Shown piece after piece: positions 15,396-23,128 of a DNA stretch of 64,000 bases (positions are counted from its first letter, which is position 1; each line of letters opens with the position of its first letter). The notes below the pieces were generated by a model. That model worked only from the letters and a program-made list of their open reading frames with translations, was not told the DNA's origin and ran no database searches. Source of the DNA: Candidatus Zixiibacteriota bacterium (GTDB lineage: Bacteria; Zixibacteria; MSB-5A5; GN15; FEB-12). Where the stretch lies: NCBI GenBank assembly GCA_040752815.1, contig JBFMGC010000001.1, positions 16,449-80,448 on the forward strand, written 5' to 3'. The position numbers and the translations under genes were made by a program.

Positions 15396-16367
15396 TCAGA
15401 ACTGTGCTACGGTCACATCACCGGACACCGATGTCAAGTTTATCTTTACGCCGCCGAATCCGAACGTTCCTTCCACCTGTTTGCGCGACATTGACTTTAT
15501 GGTGATGGGTATCTCCGTCTTGATGTCGCCCGTCTGGGATTCTATTCGTAAATCACCCGACGATGTTTCCGGAATAGTCAGTCGGATGTGGCCGCTTTCG
15601 GTGTTGACAAAGTAATCACGGGAGCTGTCCAGGTTGGTCTGAATATCGACATTGCCGGATCCAGTGGTCAGATCGAGCGCCCCCTGGTCCTGGCGTATGC
15701 TGATTGCTGCGCTCGACGATTTCACTCTGATATCGCCCTCGACGAATTTAAGGTCGATCCTGCCCAGCGCCTGGCGAATATCGACCGAGCCGAACAAAAG
15801 CTCGCCGGCCACTGACCCGGAGGAGCTTTCCACGCTCACGCTGCCCTCGATACTTGTTAGCTCGATGTCTGCCGCCGAGCTGCGGACACTAACGTCCCCC
15901 GCTACGTGACTGATTTTCACCGCGCCGTCGGTGTTGACAATGCTCACTCTGGTGCCGACCGGCACGCGGATGGACCAATCGACCTGGCCGAAAGCATCCT
16001 CGCCCCCAGTGCCGAGAACCTTGGTCCAGAAGGTGCGGGATTGATTTCGCATTCGCAGGTAATTGGCGGCCACGGTTACCTTGCGGCCTTTCTGATCCAC
16101 CTTGATCTCGATATGATCGGCAGCGATCTGGGCCTCATCGGAGCTGACCGCGCTAACTCGCTTACGGGCCTCGATGATGAGGCGGTCGTCATCGCTCTGG
16201 GTCAGAAGCAGATTGCCGCTGACATAGGTCAGGGTCAGTTCGGCATCTTGCCCGGTAGACAGAATCTTCTGGTAGTCGAACTGGAATTCCTTGGCCGTCG
16301 ACATCGGTGCCGGTCCGAGAGAAAACGCCAAAAGACTCAGCGCCGCTATGAGCCATCCGTTGCGCAT
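15396..16367 (-). CDS. Secreted DUF4097 (putative adhesin / LiaG-YvlB-like) protein
   Basis: Signal peptide, then repeats typical of DUF4097: VNTDGAVKISHVAGDVSVRSSAADIELTSIEGSVSVESSSGSVAGE..GDIRVKSSSAAISI..GSGNVDIQT..SGDVTV. Confidence 0.7.
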   Translation of the reverse strand: MRNGWLIAALSLLAFSLGPAPMSTAKEFQFDYQKILSTGQDAELTLTYVSGNLLLTQSDDDRLIIEARKRVSAVSSDEAQIAADHIEIKVDQKGRKVTVAANYLRMRNQSRTFWTKVLGTGGEDAFGQVDWSIRVPVGTRVSIVNTDGAVKISHVAGDVSVRSSAADIELTSIEGSVSVESSSGSVAGELLFGSVDIRQALGRIDLKFVEGDIRVKSSSAAISIRQDQGALDLTTGSGNVDIQTNLDSSRDYFVNTESGHIRLTIPETSSGDLRIESQTGDIKTEIPITIKSMSRKQVEGTFGFGGVKINLTSVSGDVTVAQF

Positions 16368-16395
16368 ATGCTCGTCCTCGCCGGACCGGGATCGG

Positions 16396-16959
16396 CTAAA
16401 TGTTCTTGAGTTTCCGCTTTAGAAGCTCCCGCGCCCTGAAAATGCGGGCTTTGACCGTCCCGACCGGTATAACCAGTAAATCGGCTATTTCCTCGTAGGA
16501 TTTATCGTCCTTGTGCCGATAGATAATGACTTCCCGGTACTTGGGCGGTAGGGAATCAATCGCCTCGTCTATCGAAAAGCGCTGCTGCTTGCGGACCAGC
16601 TCCAGCTCGGGGTTGTGGGTGTCGTCCGGGACCTCTATTTCCATCCGGCCGTCGCCGGTTTCCACAGGGGAATCCAGAGACAGCGCCTGTATGCGCCGTT
16701 TGCGAAGGTAATCGATCGAGGAGTTGGCCGCAATTTTGTAAAGCCAGGTGGAAAAACGGTACTCCGAGCGGTAGGAGCCCAGCGAGGCGAAGGCCTTCAT
16801 AAAGGTTTCCTGGGCCAGGTCGCGCGCGGCTTCATCGTTGTGAACGATACGATTTATGATATGAAAAATCGCGGCCCGGTGGGTATCGACCAGTTGCGCA
16901 CAGGCCTTCTGGTCTCCCTTCAAAGCGGCGGCAATGAGCGCTGATTCGTCCTCGATCAA
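16396..16959 (-). CDS. ECF (group IV) RNA polymerase sigma factor
   Basis: Region 2: AARDLAQETFMKAFASLGSYRSEYRFSTWLYKIAANSSIDYLRKRR. Region 4: LPPKYREVIIYRHKDDKSYEEIADLLVIPVGTVKARIFRARELLKRKL. Start placed at TTG 16959 behind GAGGAAGGA. The ORF-track start (17046) coincides with the -35 box of the promoter listed below. Confidence 0.9.
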   Translation of the reverse strand: MIEDESALIAAALKGDQKACAQLVDTHRAAIFHIINRIVHNDEAARDLAQETFMKAFASLGSYRSEYRFSTWLYKIAANSSIDYLRKRRIQALSLDSPVETGDGRMEIEVPDDTHNPELELVRKQQRFSIDEAIDSLPPKYREVIIYRHKDDKSYEEIADLLVIPVGTVKARIFRARELLKRKLKNI

Positions 16960-17017
16960 TCCTTCCTCTTTCGAAACCGACCGTAACTCGCTGTGTGATC
17001 GGGTACCATAATTTAAT

Positions 17018-17046
17018 AGTATAGTAGTCTTGGGGCCGGTTGGCAA
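17018..17046 (-). promoter_or_regulatory. Sigma70-type promoter of the ECF sigma operon
   Basis: On the minus strand: TTGCCA (17046-17041), a 17-nt spacer, TATACT (17023-17018). Confidence 0.5.
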
Positions 17047-17082
17047 TTCAACATGTGGCGTCGCCCCCCGGGGTTCCGACTA

Positions 17083-17559
17083 TCAGCTGTTTACGAATCC
17101 CTGGCGATACGATTTGGCGGGATCGTGGCTCCGCAGATCCACTCCGTGTTCGAGAAAGGCCTTCAGGTTTGAAAGGAAGAACGCCCAGCCCTCGCGGCAG
17201 CCAAGGTGCATCTGCACCCGGTCACGGGGCGATGCCTTCATGTCATACTGGTGCAACTCGACCAGTGAGCCTCTCCGCTGCTTCCGAATTGTGACCGCCA
17301 CTTTTTCCCCCTTGCTGCCGAAAGGAAAAACGAACTTGCCCGGCTTCTTGATATCGATGATGCGCGCGTCGAGCTTGTCTCCGGCGAGCCATTCCCATTG
17401 CAGGCGGCCGTTGCGGCGTGGTTCCATCTCAGCCTTGACCACGAACCATTTGACAATCGTCTTTGGCTCGGTCCAAGCTTTGAATACTCTTTCCGGTGAC
17501 GCCTGGATTTCGATCTTCTGGCAGAATTGAGTCCAATCGTATGAAAACTTCGCAGCCAT
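17083..17559 (-). CDS. SRPBCC/AHSA1-family protein
   Basis: MAAKFSYDWTQFCQKIEIQASPERVFKAWTEPKTIVKWF.. shows an AHSA1-like pattern. ATG 17559 follows GAGGAG. The upstream part of the 263-aa ORF has a non-protein-like composition. Confidence 0.65.
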   Translation of the reverse strand: MAAKFSYDWTQFCQKIEIQASPERVFKAWTEPKTIVKWFVVKAEMEPRRNGRLQWEWLAGDKLDARIIDIKKPGKFVFPFGSKGEKVAVTIRKQRRGSLVELHQYDMKASPRDRVQMHLGCREGWAFFLSNLKAFLEHGVDLRSHDPAKSYRQGFVNS

Positions 17560-17758
17560 GGGTTCTCCTCGGCGAAAAGCGGGTGTTATGCTACCATCAT
17601 GACAAGTATAGCGGTCGCCCCGGGGCGTCGGCAAGAGGTAGTCAGCAGACGACTTGTCGGCGAGATCACCGATAATCGAAAGAAGTGCTAATCTCCGTGC
17701 CGCGCTCAGCCGACTTGGCATATAGAGGCTCGACGAATAGCCGGTTGTATAAAACTCT

Positions 17759-18154
17759 ATGACTCGAACTATTACTTTGACCATGTCCCTTGCTTCGGCG
17801 GCGTTGTTTCTGGGCGCCTGCCACAAAGATCCCACATCCTCGTACATCCCCAACGTGGTAAACCTCCGGGACAATTTCCATTTTCGGATGAGCGATGTCC
17901 GGAATCATGACACCGTGATGGTCTACTACTGGCAGATGGAGGGCACCTCGGCGAATATCGATCAGTCGGCCTCGATTCAGGCCGGATATGTCTCGATCAC
18001 AGTAGAGGACGACTCCCGCGTCCAGGTCTACCAGACCGACATGCGCCAGTCGGGGGGCTTTTCGACGGCGTCGGGCAGCCCCGGGATGTGGCGAATCAGG
18101 ATTTCCCTGACCGACTTTTCCGGATTGCTTGATTTCCGCGCCCAACGGCGTTGA
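17759..18154 (+). CDS. Hypothetical lipoprotein
   Basis: MTRTITLTMSLASAALFLGAC has a lipobox (LGAC). It is preferred over the Arg-rich antisense ORF 17666-18145. Confidence 0.45.
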   Translation: MTRTITLTMSLASAALFLGACHKDPTSSYIPNVVNLRDNFHFRMSDVRNHDTVMVYYWQMEGTSANIDQSASIQAGYVSITVEDDSRVQVYQTDMRQSGGFSTASGSPGMWRIRISLTDFSGLLDFRAQRR

Positions 18155-18165
18155 GAGTTCTAATC

Positions 18166-18666
18166 CTAACGCGCAATCTTGATCCGACTTGAGTTGTTCG
18201 CATTAGCCGCGGTTTCCGGGTCGATCTCGTTAAACAGCCAATTCAGGCCGCGTTCTTCCCAGTCGGCAACAGTGGAAGCGTCGATGTAGCGTTCCCATTT
18301 CCCGATGCCGGTTTCCCCGCCGATTCGCCGGAATTGGGCGGCCACGACCGGGCTTGACAGAATCACCACCGACCTGACCATCCCTTTAGCCCGATAAAGC
18401 TTCTGTCCCTCGTACATGGGTACCTGGGCCTCTTTGTCGAGCGGAATCAGGGTGCGCATGTCGACGAAGACGTAGAACTCGTCTTCCTGGTTGGATAGTA
18501 TTCGACGGGACTCCTCCAGCCAGGCCGTCAATTCATTGACATCGGTCGCGCCGCCAAATGTCAGACGGTAGCCCCAATGGGTCTTTTCGATGTTGTACAT
18601 GATGCGTTGTCTGTTTTTCTCCTGTTTTCTTGTTATCGTCAGGATTGGTGAATTTTGAAGAGTCAA
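18166..18666 (-). CDS. Hypothetical protein (possible STAS/SpoIIAA-like fold)
   Basis: ORF with normal composition. ATG 18600 (MYNIEKTHWGYRLTFGG) is a plausible alternative start. No diagnostic motif was recognised. Confidence 0.4.
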   Translation of the reverse strand: MTLQNSPILTITRKQEKNRQRIMYNIEKTHWGYRLTFGGATDVNELTAWLEESRRILSNQEDEFYVFVDMRTLIPLDKEAQVPMYEGQKLYRAKGMVRSVVILSSPVVAAQFRRIGGETGIGKWERYIDASTVADWEERGLNWLFNEIDPETAANANNSSRIKIAR

Positions 18667-18775
18667 GCAGCGACTCTCGGCGGATAGCGGTCTGGTGAGT
18701 CATGATTAGCCCAAGTGAACAAAGGCCAGCGGGATATCCGCTCGCCCTTGACCTTCGGATCTTTGAGCGGTCAGG

Positions 18776-19381
18776 CTACCTTGACGCCTCGACGTATAAG
18801 TCATTGACCCTGTTCCAGTTAATGACACAGAAGAAGGCTTCGATATACTCCGGCCGCCGGTTCTGATATTTCAGATAGTAGGCGTGCTCCCAGACATCCA
18901 GGCCCACGATCGGCTTCTTGCCCAGGGACAAGGGCGAATCCTGATTGGCCGTGGCTACGATCTCGAATTCTCCCTTAGTCAAGGTCAGCCAGACCCAGCC
19001 GCTGCCAAACAGATTTGCCGCCGCGGTTGAAAATTGGCTTTTGAACTGATCAAAACCGCCGAAATGCTTTTTGATAGCGTCGGCAGCCGGGCCACCGAAA
19101 GTCGTCCCCTTTGCCAGAAGCGGCCAAAAAAAGTCATGGTTGGCCGTACCGCCGCCGTGGTTGCGGACCGCGGTGCGAATAGACTCCGGAATTGCAGCCA
19201 GATTGCTGATCAACTCCTCCGCTGACTTTGCCTCCAGCTCAGGATGGCCGGCGAGGGCGGCGTCGAGCTTGGTGACGTAGGTTTGATGATGCTTCGTGTG
19301 GTGGATTTCCATGGTTTGAGCGTCGATATACGGCTCCAGCGCGTCGTATGCGTACGGGAGTTTAACGAGAGTGTGTGCCAT
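18776..19381 (-). CDS. Fe/Mn superoxide dismutase
   Basis: [29 protein letters not shown] and [26 protein letters not shown] lies 9 nt upstream of the ATG. Confidence 0.95.
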   Translation of the reverse strand: MAHTLVKLPYAYDALEPYIDAQTMEIHHTKHHQTYVTKLDAALAGHPELEAKSAEELISNLAAIPESIRTAVRNHGGGTANHDFFWPLLAKGTTFGGPAADAIKKHFGGFDQFKSQFSTAAANLFGSGWVWLTLTKGEFEIVATANQDSPLSLGKKPIVGLDVWEHAYYLKYQNRRPEYIEAFFCVINWNRVNDLYVEASR

Positions 19382-19569
19382 TTTTCGTGACCTCCTTGAC
19401 GTCGGCTGATTTGGTCGCCTCAGCCGGAACTAAGCGTTCGTTTCAGGCTCATAATGCCGGGTTGCCGGAAAAGTTCCCGAAAATAGACATTGTGGTTCCA
19501 CTTAGCCAACTGGCGGCGGGGCCATGAGGATTTGTCCGGAGACCCGGCGGAGACTATATTGCTCCGCCC

Positions 19570-20712
19570 ATGGATCTCAAGGACTATCGCTTCGCGTCGT
19601 ACTGCTCATCGCCGGCCTGGGGCGGGCTTGAGATGCACGTATTGCGATTTCTCCGCTGGATGTCAGAGCGCGGCCGGCAGGCGGTGTTCTACGGTGACCC
19701 GGCCACCCGGCTGTACCGCGAAGCGATTCAGGCTGGAATCCCCGCTTACGCGGTGGTGCAGCGCCTTCGCACCGGCGATGTACTGTGCGCAGCAAAGCTC
19801 GCGCGAATCGCCAAGGGGGACAACGTCCGGTGGCTCATCGTGCACCGCAGCGCCGATTACTTCGCAGGCGCTTTGGCGCGGACACTGTCGGGAGACCGCC
19901 TGCGGCTCATCTATCATCAGCACATGCACATCGGCAAAAACAAAAGGGATCCCTATCACCGGTGGCTGTACCGCCGCCCCGACGCGTTCGTTACTCCGGT
20001 GCCATGGCTGGCCGAGCGGGTACTGCAAAAGACAAGCGTCCCGAAAGAACGCCTGCATACAATTCCACAGGGTATCGAAATCGCGCCCCTCACTGCAGGC
20101 AAGCCGGACGAATCAGCCGCTCGCGCAAAACTGGGATTGCCGCTCGACGCGATCGTGATCGGCCTGGTGGGGCGGCTGGACCCCAAGAAGGGCCAGGACA
20201 TCGCCATCGAGGCACTCGCCCGTCTTCACCAAAACGACCGCAGGGCGCATCTGCTGCTTGTCGGCGAACAGAGCTTCGCCGAGGGAGACGCTTTTGCCGC
20301 GTCTGTTCGAGCGTTGGTAAACAGACACGGGCTTCGAGACCATGTCCATTTCGTGTCGTTTCTTCCCGAAGTCGAGTGGGCATACGCCGCGATGGACATC
20401 TTCGTGCTGGCGTCGAAATCGGAATGCTACGGCATGGTCACCGTTGAAGCGATGGCCGCCGGCTTGCCGGTGGTCGGCACGAATGACGGTGGCACGGTGA
20501 GCATTATCGATTCGGGTCGCAACGGCCTTCTGGTGACACCTCGCAATGTCGACGAACTGGCGGCGGCGCTAATGAAGCTGCTCGATGATCCGGCGTTGGC
20601 ATCGCGCCTGGGGAGGACGGCGCACGAAGAAGCGATCGTCAAATACACGCACTCCCGCCAGTGCGAAGCGTGGGAGAGGTTGTTTGAGAGTTTAGCCAGA
20701 TGTGACGTCTGA
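19570..20712 (+). CDS. Glycosyltransferase family 4 (GT-B)
   Basis: GRLDPKKGQDIAIEAL, SKSECYGMVTVEAMAAGLPVVGTNDGG and the EX7E-type region. Confidence 0.85.
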   Translation: MDLKDYRFASYCSSPAWGGLEMHVLRFLRWMSERGRQAVFYGDPATRLYREAIQAGIPAYAVVQRLRTGDVLCAAKLARIAKGDNVRWLIVHRSADYFAGALARTLSGDRLRLIYHQHMHIGKNKRDPYHRWLYRRPDAFVTPVPWLAERVLQKTSVPKERLHTIPQGIEIAPLTAGKPDESAARAKLGLPLDAIVIGLVGRLDPKKGQDIAIEALARLHQNDRRAHLLLVGEQSFAEGDAFAASVRALVNRHGLRDHVHFVSFLPEVEWAYAAMDIFVLASKSECYGMVTVEAMAAGLPVVGTNDGGTVSIIDSGRNGLLVTPRNVDELAAALMKLLDDPALASRLGRTAHEEAIVKYTHSRQCEAWERLFESLARCDV

Positions 20713-20722
20713 CCTTCGGCGG

Positions 20723-23011
20723 TCACAAGCACGCCGGCAGGCCGAGCTCGGGGCCGGTAATAAACAGGTAGTCGATCAAGATGGTGACATCACCGATCGA
20801 GACATCCAGCGGCGACGGCAACGCCCCGCCGGATTGATTGACGTCGGCCTCGGCCAGACACGGGGGCTGGGTCCCGGAGATGAACAGCATATCGATGAGG
20901 AGAGTGACGTCGCCGATTGTCGGCTCGTCTCCGCCCTCGCCGTTGGCATCCCCCACACGACCCGAGCAGCACGATACGTAAACACTGCCGTCGCTCGTCT
21001 CGGGGGTATAGTCGCCTGCGTAGGTAGTCAGCCAGAGACTCTGGCCCGCATAGCTGGTAAAGACAATCGGACTGCTGCCCGACACCGCCGAGCCGAGATC
21101 GGTGAAAAACAGCGACACAATCGAACCGCTTCCGGCCGCAAGCGGCGGCTCATTGCCTGCCCCGAGAAACAGGGTCGCCGACTTGGTGGCGGGCACGTAG
21201 CTGACGATAGATTTTATGTCGAAAAACTCGGTCCGGTGGCCCACAATGGAAATGGAATCGAATCTGAGATTGAACGGGCCGGCCCAACTGAAGGGAATTC
21301 TCACCTCAGTCAGCGCCAGGTAATTGGTGGCGCTTAGGTCGATTCTTGCCCGGTTATTGACAAGGGGGGCATCACTCATGCGCAGCGTGTCGGCGAACGC
21401 CGAGATCATGCCGTCGAATGTGCGACGGTACGTTCGCTCGGGTGTGGTTACGCTGACCGTCACGCTAAAATAGCCCGGCATGTCGTACATATGCTGGGGA
21501 TGTTGCTCCGTCGACGTAGCGCCGTCGCCGAACTCCCAGAACCAGCCGATGCCATTTAGAGAATAATCTGTGAACTGAACCGCCAGCGGGATCGGCCCGA
21601 AAGTGCTGTCGGCGGCTATGTCAACAAACGGCGGATTCGTGTTCCCATAGACCAAATTGACCGTGTCCCAGTTGGCTACCGCCAGGTCATTGTGGAACGA
21701 GTACCGGTAGTAGCCGACGGCGCTGATTACCGGCGCCGTCGCGAGCGACAGCCAGCCTGACACAAGGTCGTAACAGTAATCTGCTTCGGACAAAAGCGCG
21801 CCGTCTGTTAGCACCGAGTCTATTTCATACAAAGGGCTATGTTCGGTGTAGAACAGCTTCGTAGAACCGTCGACCACAAAGGTATCGGCAAGCGTAACCA
21901 CCCCAAGCCCGTCTATATCCACCCAGGCCAGCTCCTCGGCCACCATCGAAAGAGCTGACGACCACACCGGCGCCGTAGTAAGGGTCGTACCCAGGTTCTC
22001 ATACACCCACACCTTTTGAAACCAGCGCCCGGCGGCGAGGTCATCGTCGCCGTCATTGTCATAATCGTATAGCGCTAGCGCCGAGCCGTAACCGCCGGTG
22101 GAAGACTGCCAGCCGTGCGTGGTGCTCAGGCTCCCGGCACCGTCGTTGAAATACACGCGAAAACGTCCCTGTCCGCCGAGTTGATTGTTGTAAGCTACCA
22201 CCAGGTCGAGCCAGTCATCGCCGTTTATGTCACCGAACATCAGCGTATTGCCGGGTTCGACCGTGGCCGCTTGCCAGGTGGGCGTGGTGGAGATAGCCCC
22301 CGCGTTGTTGTGGAACACGGCGGTAGCTGCGGCGTCAAACGTGAAAGCCAGGTCGAGATCGCCGTCCCGGTCAACATCACCCCAGGCAACATCGAGCGCC
22401 GCCCCCGACGCCGATGACAGCCAGTAGGGACTTCCTCCGAATGATCCCTCATCGTTTAGATAGATGCGCTGCTGCTGGTAATCCTGATTGTACCCCTCGC
22501 CACAGGCAAAAGCGATATCAAGATCGCCGTCGCCGTCAACATCGCCCAGCGCGCAGGAAAATGAGAAGAGCTCATCCGGTGTGAACCAGTCCGGCACGGT
22601 ATGCGGAAAGCCGGTGTTGTTAAGGTACAGATTGCTGCGGTTGGGATCGCCGAAGCCGCTGCCAAGATAGTTGGACACGAAGAGATCCGGAAAGCCGTTG
22701 TCGTCGACATCCCCTACCGCGCAATGCCCGGAGTACTCGAGATCGGCTGAAAACCATGATGCCGAAGCCGGGAAGCTCGAGGTACCGAAGATATATATGG
22801 TGTTGGCCGCCTGGACGATGTCGTTCCCGTTGGAATAGAACACGTCGATAATTCCATCGCGATTGCAGTCCCGCCAGATCATGCCGGTTGAGTAGACGTC
22901 TTGCTCGGCGGAAGACCATATCGGCGTCGTACCGAGTGGGACTTGCGCCGACGTGGAACGGACAACGGGCAGAATCGCGGCGAGGATGATCAAACGGGCG
23001 GCGGAATTCAT
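20723..23011 (-). CDS. Secreted FG-GAP/VCBS-repeat protein with PKD, cohesin-like and dockerin-like C-terminal modules
   Basis: FG-GAP repeats: DCNRDGIIDVF, GDVDDNGFPDLFV, GDVDGDGDLDIAF, GDVDRDGDLDLAF, GDINGDDWLDLVV, YDYDNDGDDDLAA. PKD: WEFGDGATSTEQHPQHMYDMPGYFSVTVSV. Cohesin-like: VRIPFSWAGPFNLRFDSISI. Dockerin-like module at 20726-20971. Confidence 0.85.
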   Translation of the reverse strand: MNSAARLIILAAILPVVRSTSAQVPLGTTPIWSSAEQDVYSTGMIWRDCNRDGIIDVFYSNGNDIVQAANTIYIFGTSSFPASASWFSADLEYSGHCAVGDVDDNGFPDLFVSNYLGSGFGDPNRSNLYLNNTGFPHTVPDWFTPDELFSFSCALGDVDGDGDLDIAFACGEGYNQDYQQQRIYLNDEGSFGGSPYWLSSASGAALDVAWGDVDRDGDLDLAFTFDAAATAVFHNNAGAISTTPTWQAATVEPGNTLMFGDINGDDWLDLVVAYNNQLGGQGRFRVYFNDGAGSLSTTHGWQSSTGGYGSALALYDYDNDGDDDLAAGRWFQKVWVYENLGTTLTTAPVWSSALSMVAEELAWVDIDGLGVVTLADTFVVDGSTKLFYTEHSPLYEIDSVLTDGALLSEADYCYDLVSGWLSLATAPVISAVGYYRYSFHNDLAVANWDTVNLVYGNTNPPFVDIAADSTFGPIPLAVQFTDYSLNGIGWFWEFGDGATSTEQHPQHMYDMPGYFSVTVSVTTPERTYRRTFDGMISAFADTLRMSDAPLVNNRARIDLSATNYLALTEVRIPFSWAGPFNLRFDSISIVGHRTEFFDIKSIVSYVPATKSATLFLGAGNEPPLAAGSGSIVSLFFTDLGSAVSGSSPIVFTSYAGQSLWLTTYAGDYTPETSDGSVYVSCCSGRVGDANGEGGDEPTIGDVTLLIDMLFISGTQPPCLAEADVNQSGGALPSPLDVSIGDVTILIDYLFITGPELGLPACL

Positions 23012-23128
23012 AGTACCTTCACGGATTGGGCGAGTATCACAGATAAAGAAAGCCCGCTATTAGGTTACCGCAAGGACGTTTAAATGTCTCGCCTGTGCAT
23101 TCGCGGCTGATCGGAGCCGCGGCCCAAC

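Noticed and set aside
17666-18145. 159-aa minus-strand ORF overlapping the lipoprotein ORF 17759-18154.
   Set aside because: It has an Arg-rich, low-complexity composition and no signal or domain. The plus-strand ORF has a proper lipobox signal peptide.
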